Of a DNA stretch of 64,000 nucleotides, positions 29,101 through 42,702 are shown piece by piece. The stretch's first letter is position 1; the number at the start of each line of letters is the position of its first letter. The stretch comes from Eledone cirrhosa (lineage: Eukaryota). A model generated the notes under the pieces. The model worked only from the letters and a program-made list of their open reading frames with translations, had not been told where the DNA came from and did no database searches. The stretch is from assembly GCA_964016885.1 (NCBI GenBank), contig OZ024746.1:77004001-77068000 (forward strand). Reading direction: 5' to 3'. The position numbers were made by a program, and so were the translations under genes.

Positions 29101-29150
29101 AGTTTCAGGGAAACAGATACACAGACATTCTTTGTTTTATATATATATAT
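23138..29150 (-). mobile_element. Autonomous-type Helitron (rolling-circle transposon), degenerate
   Basis: The minus-strand 3' end is a GC hairpin CCCGG-ACAACG-CCGGG (23150-23165) followed by CTAG (23138-23141) and a host T within a (TA)n tract. The 5' end (TATATAAAACAAAGAATGTCTGTG...) merges into (TA)n near 29140-29150 and resembles the 5' ends of the non-autonomous copies at 36562 and 39564. It encloses Rep-helicase coding sequence. Confidence 0.93.
23907..28336 (-). pseudogene. Helitron RepHel protein (HUH replication initiator + Pif1/SF1B helicase), multiple frameshifts and stops
   Basis: Successive minus-strand fragments give the CxxC..CC zinc region (CNAKRWPGETLGLCCENGK), YNCAFQMTS/FKVQGQVYHRIGSL, YDALQYPLLF, ILPSTFTGSPRYM, TCNPKW, the HUH motif VEWQKKGLPHAHIL (~26640-26680) and KSIKYICQYVNKG. 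Helicase motifs follow: FFLDAPAGSKTFL (damaged Walker A), ASSGIAA..GGRTAHS, WDECTM, GDFRQSLPV, QFPLRVSFAKSINKSQGQTL and FSHGQLYVGCSRV. Confidence 0.95.
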
Positions 29151-30033
29151 ATATATATATTTAAAAATCTATAACAAAAATAATAAATACAAAAATATAA
29201 AAAAAACGGAAATATGCTACTGCCAAATGGTTGGTTTGTCAAGATAACAAACTTTACCCCGTGTTCATAAAATAATAAAGCCGGTGGTACAAGCTTGGAC
29301 GCCTCTGTTGTGACACCAGTACATTAGTAACAAAAATGGTTTCCGCCTTTTCTGCTCCATTAAACCAAACATTGGCCAGGTTGCAATGTTCTTGCAAAAT
29401 GAGGCGGATCAAAGTCTTCGATTAACTATAAAAGGTTAGTGGTGAAAACTGGAGAAATCTACTACGTTGGTGAGAAGTTAAAAACTAGGCGTGACTGTCG
29501 TTATTAAGTTGTATATGAAATATAGCAATAGAGCAATTGATCGTTAGATTTGTTAGAATTTTATGCTAGCGTGAAGAAAAAGAATTAATGTGAAAATAAT
29601 TGTGACTTACATGTAGACACAGACAGAAATTCAACCTATCTATCTATCTATAACTACTTACATCTGTGTATCAGTGAAACACACTCTATCCCTATATATA
29701 TATATATGTATATATATACACACACACCACACAATCATTATTTTCTCTCCAACATTTTAAACCAATACAAACTCCCCCCTTTGATAATGCATAAAATGCT
29801 GAAACCTGTAATAGACAATTATTAAATATATAAATAAATAAATAAATGCCGTTGTTAATTAATAAATAAATTAACTAATACCTTAACACTTCACACAAAG
29901 TAAAATATTTAGTTTTAAACATTTTCTAACCCAGAAAAAAAGAGAAAGGTAAAAGGAAAAAAATATATATATAAAAATATATATATAAAAGGAAAAAAAT
30001 ATATATATATAATAATCGTCTTTTTCTCCCTAT

Positions 30034-30104
<71 letters not shown>

Positions 30105-30236
30105 GTAGAAGTTCTATTTAAATAGTTGAGATACAACAAGCAAATATTTTTATAACTGATATAAAGCACTCAACAAATTATTGGAGTAAAAATACGATAT
30201 ATTAACAAATGGAAACTATATTTATAAAACCATATT

Positions 30237-30301
30237 TATTTCATTATACATATTTCAAGGACACCAAGTTAAATTATGGTGTGCTTTCATCAGATAAAAT
30301 A
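30237..30301 (-). ncRNA. Minimal type I hammerhead ribozyme (left arm of fold-back)
   Basis: Reverse complement of the motif at 11881-11945, with an intact core. Confidence 0.72.
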
Positions 30302-30395
30302 TAATATAGATCAGTTTTATAAATAAATACTGACATACCCTTAAAGAATGCGACCATTTCTGTTGGAAGCTCCCGGATAGTTACTATCTATATTA

Positions 30396-30460
30396 TATTT
30401 TATCTGATGAAAGCACACCATAATTTAACTTGGTGTCCTTGAAATATGTATAATGAAATA
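30396..30460 (+). ncRNA. Minimal type I hammerhead ribozyme (right arm of fold-back)
   Basis: Same sequence as 11881-11945. Confidence 0.75.
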
Positions 30461-30501
30461 AATATGGTTTTATAAATATAGTTTCCATTTGTTAATATAT
30501 C

Positions 30502-30541
<40 letters not shown>

Positions 30542-30568
30542 TATATATTTACACACACATATATATGC

Positions 30569-30643
<75 letters not shown>

Positions 30644-30721
30644 CGTCGGCAAATCACTGATGAGGGACTCATTTTATTACATGTTATCCATGTGCAACCT
30701 GCAGTATTCTTCTCCCCATTT

Positions 30722-30757
<36 letters not shown>

Positions 30758-31206
30758 TCATAGACTCCCTTCGGTCATGATCATGGTCTTGCAGCTGTAA
30801 AGTTCCCCCCGGGGCATAAGCCTGGGCAGCGTGTAACTGTGGAAGACCAGCAGTCGCTCGTGCATACCAGTCTCCCCTTTCTACGCCATCGATGTTGTCC
30901 AAAGGAAAGGCAATGGCGGCCAATACAGTTTGGCACCAGTGACATCGCAACACATTTCTACAGCTGGTGAAATAAAGTGTCTTGAGCCAAAACACAACGC
31001 ACCACCCAGGATTCGAACTCACAACCTTACGATTGTTAACTCAATACTCTAAGTATGAAGCCACGCGCCTTCACACACGACCATATATATATATATATAT
31101 ATACATATGAACGCACGCGCGCGCACACACACATATATAGACATATATATAAACATTTGTAACCGGGTTGAGCAATAAATCTCATATGTAACATTTCCCC
31201 TTTGTT

Positions 31207-31280
<74 letters not shown>

Positions 31281-31338
31281 ATAATAAATTTGAAGACTAA
31301 AATCCAAAGAGGGCTCGATAAGGATAAATATATATCAA

Positions 31339-31391
<53 letters not shown>

Positions 31392-31755
31392 AACAAAGTG
31401 GAAATGTTACATATGAGATTTATTGCTCAACCCGGTTACAAATGTTTCCCAGGTAGCCGGTTCGTGATATGGGGTCATCATCCCAGACCAGGCTCCAAGC
31501 CTGCCTGATCCTCAGACCAGTGTTAACACAACAAAAATCACATCAAATCTGAAGACAACCCAGCCAGATACAAGCAATCTTATAGAATGACCAATCACGG
31601 GTCTAGAATCCAACGGACGCACGTATCCCGAGCATTACAAGAAAATAACCGTTATAAACAAACACAAAAACAAAAATAAAATATGTGTGATCACACACAT
31701 ACAATACATCTCCTATGTAACACCTCTACTTTGTTCTTATTATATACACTCTGTA

Positions 31756-31973
31756 GGGCGGTGGACTGGCAGTATCGGTCGAGGGTCGGACGCCATGCTT
31801 TGCAGCATAGAGTTACGGCCCTTTATTATCTGAGTTCAAATCCCACCGAGGTTAACTTTGTCTTTCATCCTTACGGGGTCGATAAAATAAAGTACCAGTC
31901 ACGCACTGGGGCTGATTTAATCGACTTTCCCCTCTCCCCCAAAATTGCTGGCCTTGTGCCTATATAAGAAACC
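31756..31973 (+). mobile_element. SINE family A with 15-bp TSD
   Basis: TSD ATTATATACACTCTG at 31739-31753 and 31974-31988. Confidence 0.9.
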
Positions 31974-32642
31974 ATTATATACACTCTGCTCTGATAGAAG
32001 TGCTGACATTGGTACTCTCACCAGTTTTCTACTGACTTACTGAACCGTTTTCACACACACACACACACACACCTCATTTTTTTCTAGATTGAGCAGCGTG
32101 ATATAATGCGTTTTGTTCAAAGAACACAATGAACTGTCCAAACAGGGACTCGATCGCTCGACCTTATAATTGTGAGTCCAATACGTTAAACACTAAGCTA
32201 CGCGCCTTCGCAATATAAATGCTACTCATTATGTATATGCGAACATACTTATATACACACACACGCGCGCGCAAACGTAACTATGTATGATTGTGTGTAT
32301 GTATGTAAGTATGCAGGGGCGGTGGAACATTTCTGAATGAGGGGGGAGGGGATTTGGACAATTTAATTGTCGAGGTTAGTTTAGTAAAATGGTCAGAAAA
32401 CTTCGATATGCGATAAACATAACATGTACATAAATTGTAGCACATATACAAATAGATGTGTTTTGGTAGTTTGGGGAGAAAATATAATGAATGGAGGGAG
32501 TAATGCCCCCACCCCCAGTTCCACCGCCACTGCATATATTATATAATTAATTAAAAAAAATTATGCTTTGTGCTCTTTCCTAAGGGGTTAATATATCGAG
32601 CTTCTTCACATTTGGTAAGAATATACCCAATTTATTCATCTT

Positions 32643-32693
<51 letters not shown>

Positions 32694-32755
32694 AATAATG
32701 GAGCTGCGGCGTTGCAAACGGGTTACATATGAAAAAGTTTGTCCTTCATCAGTGG

Positions 32756-32798
<43 letters not shown>

Positions 32799-32848
32799 TA
32801 AATTAGCGAGAATCGCTTTCAGCTCAGGAATTAACGAAAATCAACGTC

Positions 32849-32944
<96 letters not shown>

Positions 32945-33229
32945 TTATATTCAATTTTGCTAATCTATCTCCGGCGTAATTTTATTGTAAGTGATTCATA
33001 TTGATATTTTGAATTTTATTTTACATTAAAAAAAACATTATATATGACAAAAGAAGAATATTACAAGAAATCCCATATTTACGAACGTAATTCAATTACT
33101 GATTCCCCCCCCCCCCCCTCCTATTATTTGGGACCTGAGAGTGTCACCAAACTCTTCTCCTCTCTATGTCTATTACACAAAAATCTGTTTTAATCCGCCC
33201 TCTGTATCTACTAAAACCAAACTCTACAC

Positions 33230-33850
33230 CTCCCTATATCTACCACGACACCCCACTCTGTATATCTAAGAGTAATACACTCTTTCACTCTCTATAAATA
33301 TCTACACTTATCTCTCTCAATCCCTTTCTCTATATCAATTACCATCAAACTACCCCCCTCTCTATATCTACCATACAACACTATCTCTCATTCCTTCTCA
33401 CTCTATCCATCACTACCAAGCTTTCTCCCTCCCTATACTATCAATACCTATCTCTACCAATCCTCTCACTCTATTCATTACCACCAAACTCCCTCTCTCT
33501 CTACATCAACCATACAACACTCTTTCCCAATCCCCCTCTCTATATCTACTACACGAAACTCTTTTCCAATACCGCTCGCTATATCAATTAGCACCAAACT
33601 CTTCCCCTCTCTATATCTACTACACGGAACTCTCTTCTATTCTCCCTCTCTATATCAATTAGCACCAAACTCTTCCCCTCTCTATATCTACTACACGGAA
33701 CTCTTTTCCAATACCCCGCGCTATATCAATAAACATCAATTTCTCCCCCTCTCTATATCTAATATACAACACTCTCCAAACCTCTCTATATCAATTACCA
33801 CCAAACTCTCCCCCTCTCTATATATCTATCTCTCCCATCAAACTCTACAT
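33230..33850 (+). repeat. Pyrimidine-rich degenerate minisatellite (paralog at 63480-63920)
   Basis: Recurrent CTCTCTATATCTAC/ATCAATTACCACCAAACTCT units. Confidence 0.8.
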
Positions 33851-34216
33851 AACATGTACATAAATTGTAGCGCATATACAAATAGATGTGTTTTAGTCTG
33901 GGGAGAAAAATATAATTATTGGGTGGGGCCATGGCCTCCTGCCCCCCCCCCCCCCCCTCAGTTCCACAACCCCTAGGATGTATGTATGTATGTGTGTAGG
34001 TAAGTATGTATGCATGCATGCATGTACGTATATAATGTGTGTATGCATGTATGTGTATATATGTATATACAGGGTATCGCAAAAATGTATACACACTTCA
34101 ACAGCATTCTAATAAATGTGTATACACTTTGGGGACACCCTATATGTGTATGTGTGCGTGCGTGCCTGTGCGGGCGCGTGTATTTATATATGTATGCATA
34201 CATATATGTACGTATG

Positions 34217-34247
<31 letters not shown>

Positions 34248-34873
34248 TGTCTTGTATGTATATTATTTATAAATGTAACTTTTCCTATGTTGATATTTTT
34301 TTGTTTGACTATCGGTTGTTAGAATTTAAAACCAAATCACTAAAAGCAAAAGCAGGAAAAAATAAAACACGGTGAAAATTTCCCAAGTTCAGGGCATGTT
34401 ATTCATCATGGCGGTGATGTACATAACATCTCTTTATAAACACATAACTACATCTAATGGTTCTCTCCAAATACAAGAATACCGTGTGTACCGGTGTACC
34501 AGTGTATTAGTGTACCGGTGAATAAATGTCTGGTCACGTGCACGTAACATGGCAATTTACTTAGGCATGTGCAAAATTTCTTTTGTACATCCAACTCGAA
34601 ACAAACAAATAAAAAGAGCTATCGATCGTAAATACATCCAACCAAATGTGTACTGTATTGTGTTGTAGTATTATGTCTAGGAGAAGATGTGTGTAAGTAC
34701 TGCTACTGTAAGACTGCTTCTTCAATTCTAACTTCTGTTTCTACAGAGTTAACACTTTCGTCACCGTGTTTCTAATGAAATACACTATTTTAATTAATTA
34801 ATGAACAATTTTGATAGATATACCAAAGTTGGAACTCCGATGCAAATTTTGACAACAATAAATAAAATAAATG

Positions 34874-34916
<43 letters not shown>

Positions 34917-35115
34917 CGTGTGTGTGTGTGTGTGTCGGGTTCAATCGGGGGGTAACCACAATAAGTAATGTACTCATACAAGATTTAATATAGAAATAGC
35001 TTCTACAGGAATAGTATGATTTCCTTCGAATGAAACAGTTCTAGTCATGTAGAAGCGATTTCTATATTAAATCTTATATATATACATATATATATATATA
35101 TATACATATATATAC

Positions 35116-35146
<31 letters not shown>

Positions 35147-35147
35147 C

Positions 35148-35196
<49 letters not shown>

Positions 35197-35203
35197 CATA
35201 TAT

Positions 35204-35236
<33 letters not shown>

Positions 35237-35255
35237 TATATATATACATATATAC

Positions 35256-35286
<31 letters not shown>

Positions 35287-35327
35287 CATATATACATATA
35301 TATACATATATATATACATATATATAT

Positions 35328-35370
<43 letters not shown>

Positions 35371-35542
35371 GTGAAGTTAACAGTGTTTGTGTATTTTTAA
35401 ATAATGGCGAAAATGACTCTTCTATGCAGTAATTGTTTTAGTTTCAACACACGGTCTAAAATCAACTCACCCGCCAGACGAACACAACTCCCAAATTACT
35501 TATTTCGTTAAGATAATAACATATGGTTCTTAAATAAAATAA

Positions 35543-35725
35543 TTGTTTCTACTATTGGCACAAGGCCAGAAATTACCCAGTACATTACTGGTACTTTATT
35601 TTATCGACCCCGTAAGGATGAAAGGCAAAGTTAACCTCGGCGGGATTTGAACTCAGAATGGCAAGGGCCGTAACTCTATGCGTCAAAGCATGGCGTCCGA
35701 CCCTCTACCGATACTGCCAATCCAC
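35543..35725 (-). mobile_element. SINE family A with TSD
   Basis: Full copy flanked by TAAATAAAATAAT on both sides. Confidence 0.88.
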
Positions 35726-36561
35726 TAAATAAAATAATGTTGGAAGATTTTAATTTAAATAGGAATCCTTTTAAAATTGGTGGTTTTTTATTCATAGAAC
35801 CAGAGGTGAATTTTGGTTGGGTTGGTAGCAAAAGGATAAAACCAAACCATTTGTGACAGTATTTCTTATGCAATACATTATATTTCAATTGAGAGGGAAT
35901 TTAGAAAGATTTACTAAGATTATGAATTATTTCGTTACTAAGATAAGTAACCTAACTTATGATTGTTTAAAGTGGGCGGCTTGTTCCACAGAACTAGAAG
36001 CAGTTTGGGACGGACGGGTATCAAAAAGCCGAAAGAAAAATTCTGAGGGATTGATTAAAATCATTATTTCATAACTAAAATAGTAACTTGACATATAGTC
36101 CTTATATAAATTTATGCTGAAAAATGTGAATATAAATAAGAATCCTTTTAAAATGTGTGGTTTTGTTTCATAGAAGCAGAGCCAGTTTTTGTCGGGTGGG
36201 TACCAAAAGGGTTAATACTTCTGTAACTATCAGTGATTGCTGTTGAAAGGATTATGGTCAACAACAAAAAATAACAATTTTACATTTTCACCAACCAAAT
36301 GACTACAACAATGCTTTCGGTTATTCACGGTATTATCGTTAATGATTAGTTCTTTTCTTTTTTTTTAGTAAATGGTATCAGCACCATTGATAATATATAC
36401 AACATCGTTAGTACCACCTTCAAAATTGATCGTCACTATCGTTACCATCATCGATTAGTAGTTATGTTTATATTTCTTTTTATATACACCTCTATTATGT
36501 CTGTAAATTGCTGGTTGAAACGGCAAGAGCTCAGCCGTCGGGACCCCGACTCTTTCTAATG

Positions 36562-36694
36562 TCTATATATCTAAAACAGAGAATGTCTGTCTGTCTGTCT
36601 GTCTGACTCCCTAAAACTCGAGAACCACCCAACCGATTGTTTTCAAACTTTACACATGTAATACTTATGGTCCTGTGAGTGTTTTGAGCAAAAT
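36562..36694 (+). mobile_element. Helitron 5'-end fragment
   Basis: TCTATATATCTAAAACAGAGAATGTCTGTC...CCCTAAAACTCGAGAACCACCCAACCG...TGAGTGTTTTGAGCAAAA, similar to the 5' end of the autonomous Helitron (29020-29140, minus). Confidence 0.8.
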
Positions 36695-36695
36695 G

Positions 36696-36924
36696 GCCCG
36701 GCGTTGCTCGGGATTCTAAACATAGATTGGCATGTTTATTCCTCCTTTCTGAAACAGTACAGAGAAGTACGGAATACCTCGGCCTCGGGATGGTGTCTAC
36801 ATTTTGTGCTTATAAAAAAAATTCGTCGCAGATTGTGCGAAGAAAATCAATACTTTATCGCGAAATAAATACGTTTGTTTATATTTTGTTATTGTGTATG
36901 CAAAAATATCTGTACACTAATATA

Positions 36925-36985
<61 letters not shown>

Positions 36986-37446
36986 AAATAACAGATTAAA
37001 GTTTAAGCAAAGAATCGCTGCTTTCACCATTAACGGGATCTTCTGAAACTAAAAAAAATCAATCTGTGAACGCAGAAGTAAATTTTTCGAAAAACGTTAC
37101 ACACTATATACACATATACAAGCACACACACACACATAGCGTCATAATGCAGACAGCCAGACATACAGACAGATATTATAAGGGCGCAACGTTATATCTA
37201 TGTATCTATCTAAAAAGAAAGACTTTATTTAGGAACCATATGTTATTATCTTAACGAATTATAGAGAGAGATCGCTAAATCGCCTAATGCGGTCCCTAGG
37301 GCATTGAAAATTTGAATTTCTTTTTCTCAAAACACGCACAGGACCATAAGTATTACATGTGTAAAGTTTGAAAACAATCAGTTGGGTGGTTCTCGAGTTT
37401 TAGGAAGTCAGACAAACAGACAGACATTCTCTGTTTTAGATATATA
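36696..37446 (-). mobile_element. Non-autonomous Helitron unit 1 of a tandem pair
   Basis: The 5' end at ~37446 is the reverse complement of 36562-36690. The 3' hairpin CCCGAGCAACGCCGGG lies at 36697-36712, and the terminal CTAG is missing. Confidence 0.75.
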
Positions 37447-37454
37447 AATATATA

Positions 37455-37600
37455 CTAGCAGAATGGCGCGGCGTTTCTCGGGATTTTCTCTAGGGTTCTT
37501 ATATATTTGATATATATTTATCCTTATCGAGCCTCGTGAAATAAATACGTTTGTTTATATTTTGTTATTGTGTATGCAAAAATATCTGTACACGAATATA

Positions 37601-37671
<71 letters not shown>

Positions 37672-37788
37672 TAAAATAACAGATTAAAGTTTAAGCAAAG
37701 AATCGCTGCTTTCACCCTTAACGGGATTTTCTGAAACTAAAAAAATCAATCTGTGAACGCAGAAGTAAATATTTCGAAAAACGTTACA

Positions 37789-37842
<54 letters not shown>

Positions 37843-38225
37843 TATATATATACATATATACACACACACACACATATACCGTCATAATGTCGTAATGCAG
37901 ACATCAGACATACAGGCAGATATTATAAGTGCGCAAAATAAAGTACCAGTAATGCTCTGGATAATTGCTGGCCTTGTGCCTAAAGTAGAAACAATTATAA
38001 GTGCGCAACATTATATCTATGTATCTATCTAAAAAGAAAGACTAAGAATTATAGAGAGAGATCGCTAAATCGCCTAATGCCGTCCCTAGAGCATTAAAAA
38101 TTTGAAATGTTTTGCTCAAACCACTCACAGGACCAGAAGTATTACATGTGTAATGTTTGAAAACAATCGGTTGGGTCGTTCTCGAGTTTTAGGGAGTCAG
38201 ACAGACAGACAGATAGACATATATA
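37455..38225 (-). mobile_element. Non-autonomous Helitron unit 2 of a tandem pair
   Basis: CTAG at 37455-37458 with a degenerate hairpin (CGCGGCGTTTCTCGGG on +). The 5'-end sequence is at 38100-38220, and the internal sequence is collinear with unit 1. Confidence 0.78.
37937..37993 (+). mobile_element. 5'-truncated SINE family A inserted in Helitron unit 2
   Basis: Flanked by TSD ATTATAAGTGCGCAA. Unit 1 has the empty site (ATTATAAGGGCGCAA, ~37175). Confidence 0.8.
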
Positions 38226-38432
38226 TATATATATATATATATGTAGATAAATCTACCAAGAGTTTACGGTAGTGTCCAATCCGTATGAAGAACTCAATGT
38301 AATCCGGATATCATGGAAAGAAGAGATGCAATGAAAAATCACTTTCGGTGAAAGATAAACGGAATACAGAGTCAAGATAAAATATTAAAAAAATAATGAA
38401 TAAAACAATGAAACAGTTCCTTATATTAAACA

Positions 38433-38474
<42 letters not shown>

Positions 38475-38513
38475 TATATAACATATATATATATATATAT
38501 ATATAATATATAT

Positions 38514-38652
<139 letters not shown>

Positions 38653-38653
38653 T

Positions 38654-38721
<68 letters not shown>

Positions 38722-38722
38722 T

Positions 38723-38765
<43 letters not shown>

Positions 38766-38770
38766 TATAT

Positions 38771-38824
<54 letters not shown>

Positions 38825-38837
38825 ATATAATATATAT

Positions 38838-38917
<80 letters not shown>

Positions 38918-38940
38918 ATATATATATATATATAATATAG

Positions 38941-39110
38941 GAACCAGTAAGACCCCGACAGCTGAGCTCAAGCCGTTTCGACGGGTCGAAACGGCTTGAG
39001 CTCAGCTGTCGGGGTCTTACTGGTTCCTATTACCCACTCTACTACCTCAAGTATTGAGTACTTTGGTGCGTTATGGTCCACCTGGTTCCTTACCACATTT
39101 CCTTCGTTAT
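38941..39110 (+). mobile_element. Short fold-back element in (TA)n (GAAACGGCTTGAGCTC family)
   Basis: An inverted head followed by a direct body. Further copies lie at 42481-42683, 61751-61948 and 62449-62662. Confidence 0.8.
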
Positions 39111-39121
39111 ATATAATATAT

Positions 39122-39254
<133 letters not shown>

Positions 39255-39266
39255 CTATATATATAT

Positions 39267-39332
<66 letters not shown>

Positions 39333-39385
39333 ATATATTATATATATATATATATTATATATATATATATATATTATATATATAT

Positions 39386-39459
<74 letters not shown>

Positions 39460-39460
39460 A

Positions 39461-39524
<64 letters not shown>

Positions 39525-39563
39525 AATATATATCTATATATTTATATATATATATAATATATA

Positions 39564-39860
39564 TCTATATATAAAAAACTGAGGATGTCTGTCTGTGTGT
39601 GTGTGAGTTTGAATCCCTAAAAGTCGAGAAACACCCAACCGACTGTTTTCAAACATTACACATGTAATACTTATGTTTCAGGGTGTGTTCTGAGCAAAAA
39701 AAATTTAAAATTTTCAATGCCCTAGGGACCGCATTAGGCGATTTGGCGATCTCTCTCTATAATTCTTAGTCTTTGTCTTTTAGATAGATACATACATATA
39801 ACGTCGCGTCCTTATAATTACTGTCTGTATGTCTGGCTGTCTGCATTACGTCACTTCCCT
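39564..39860 (+). mobile_element. 5' part of the same non-autonomous Helitron family
   Basis: TCTATATATAAAAAACTGAGGATGTCTGTC...CCCTAGGGACCGCATTAGGCGATTTGGCGATCTCTCTCTATAATTC, the reverse complement of 37140-37440. Confidence 0.75.
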
Positions 39861-39875
39861 ATACATATATATATA

Positions 39876-39912
<37 letters not shown>

Positions 39913-39951
39913 CGAAACATGTCAATTGCATGAACTCATAATCCTTTATTT

Positions 39952-40007
39952 ACTGCTATATATATTTCGATGATAGCCATTGAATGGCTATGACCTCATC
40001 AGGCAGT
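39952..40007 (-). ncRNA. Minimal type I hammerhead ribozyme
   Basis: Minus strand: ACTGC-CTGATGA-GGTC(ATAGCCAT-TCA-ATGGCTAT)CATC-GAAA-TATATA-TA-GCAGT. Confidence 0.78.
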
Positions 40008-40077
40008 TAGTCAGTTCTTAGATATGCCAGCTCTGTGTGTATAGTGTTGATGGTATCAGAGCCCTGGGACATATGAG

Positions 40078-40118
<41 letters not shown>

Positions 40119-40173
40119 CATATATATTATATAGTATATATATATATAATACATATATATATATAATACATAT

Positions 40174-40221
<48 letters not shown>

Positions 40222-40276
40222 CATATATATATATAATACATATATATAATACATATATATAATACATATATATAAT

Positions 40277-40336
<60 letters not shown>

Positions 40337-40526
40337 ATATATATATAGTATATATATATATATAGTATATATATTCATTCAAAATATTAACAAAAATAGA
40401 ACTTCATTGTGATCAAGTATATTTTATTATACAGATTTCAGAGGTACTGAGCTAACTTTCAACATGACTAACTACCATGACTGGATCTTAACCATCTACT
40501 ATGTCAGGGTATGTCATGCATCATCT

Positions 40527-40593
40527 TATTTTATCTGATGAGGACGTACTGTTGAAGTTAGCTCAGTACCTCTGAAATATGTATAATAAAATA
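40527..40593 (+). ncRNA. Minimal type I hammerhead ribozyme
   Basis: Same family as 10948-11014, lying in the fold-back element at 40378-40640. Confidence 0.75.
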
Positions 40594-40873
40594 TACTTGA
40601 TCACAACGAAATTCTATTTTTGTTAATATTTTGAATGAATATTAATAATTCCGGAAAACCATTACTGTTGAGTGCTTCCAATCTATTGTAAAACTAATTC
40701 TTTGATTTATTCATTGAACCTTGTTTAACCTTTAAATATAGTATATATATATATATGTTTCGGTGCGCCCGGCCGACTAACTCACTCGATATGCAAATTA
40801 GGCTGCTCAGCCGTTAATATGCATAAGGAAAGTATATACTTTCAGACGTTCAACCATCTGACAGAAAGGTATT

Positions 40874-40916
40874 ACGATGCTGACGATAGCTAATAAGCTT
40901 GAAACTAGTACATCGT
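40874..40916 (+). ncRNA. Minimal type I hammerhead ribozyme
   Basis: ACGATG-CTGACGA-TAGCT-AATA-AGCTT-GAAA-CTAG-TA-CATCGT: perfect 6-bp stem I, palindromic CTAG in stem III, GUA cleavage triplet. Confidence 0.85.
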
Positions 40917-41230
40917 TCCTGTGTCAGTGTTGAACAAAAAGGTGACGATGGTTGCCTGAACACTGTACGGCGTAATTCGGGCTGTTTGTTGTTTACAAAC
41001 AACCGAGCATTATAATAAATGTTCGGTCAACCCATACGTACATATATATATGTGTGCATGTATGTATATATATACATACTACTGTACGTCTGTATACATA
41101 TATGTATGTACGTATACATACATGACTTACATTTAAGTACCAGCCGTACTAAGAGTGAGAAATGAAATTTCGTTTCATTCTTTTCCATCTATATAATACA
41201 TGCCTATATATATATATATATATACACGCC

Positions 41231-41287
<57 letters not shown>

Positions 41288-41552
41288 AAAGTTAAACAAG
41301 GTTCAATGAATACATCAAAGAATGAGTTTTACAATAGATTGCAAGCACTCAACAGTAAAAGGTTTTCCAGAGTTATTAATATTAATTCAAAATATTAACA
41401 AAATAGATATTCTTGTGATCAAGTATATTTTATTATACATATTTCTGAGGTGCTGAGTTAAGTTCAACAGTTGAACTTAATTCAGTACCTCAGAAATATG
41501 TATAATAAAATATACTTGATCACAAGAATATCTATTTTGTTAATATTTTGAA

Positions 41553-41617
<65 letters not shown>

Positions 41618-41998
41618 ATATAATATAATATAATATAATATATAATATAATATAATATAATATAATATACATACCTATATATATATTATATATACATACA
41701 TATATACATACCTATATATATATTATATATACATACATATATATATATATTTATACATACCTATATATATATATATACCTACATATATATATTTATACAT
41801 ACCTATATATATATATATTTATACATACCTATATATATATATCTGATGATATGGGATCGATTGTGCATTGGATATCGAATGCTCTACTAAATATATAATA
41901 TTATAGATGTAGCTAGATCTAGGCAAATTGATGTCTATTGAAACGTACGTAAGAACCGAATAAATCTCTTTTACTGCATCTTTCTGTTCTTTTTAATT

Positions 41999-42103
<105 letters not shown>

Positions 42104-42120
42104 TATATATATAAATATAT

Positions 42121-42272
<152 letters not shown>

Positions 42273-42289
42273 AATATATATATATATAC

Positions 42290-42407
<118 letters not shown>

Positions 42408-42411
42408 AAAT

Positions 42412-42442
<31 letters not shown>

Positions 42443-42445
42443 AAT

Positions 42446-42476
<31 letters not shown>

Positions 42477-42702
42477 AATAGGAACGAGTAGGACCCCGAC
42501 GGCTGAGCTCAAGCCGTTTCGACGGCTAATTCTGGACTAAAATTACTCCAGAATTAGTTGTCGAAACGGCTTGAGCTCAGCCGTCGGGGTCCTACTTGTT
42601 CCTATTACCCACTCTACTACCCTAAGTATTGAGTACTTTGGTGCGTTATGGTCCACCTGGTTCCTTACCACATTTCCTCCGTTATATATATATATATATA
42701 TA

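Larger units (their letters stand above)
30105..30503 (-). mobile_element. Fold-back Penelope-like pLTR remnant in (TA)n
   Basis: Arms 30192-30311 and 30386-30503, each with a hammerhead, with (TA)n on both sides. Confidence 0.7.

Noticed and set aside
34380-34570. Putative promoter (GTCACGTG E-box, CATGGC motifs)
   Set aside because: Short motifs only, with no downstream exon or transcript evidence in the sequence.
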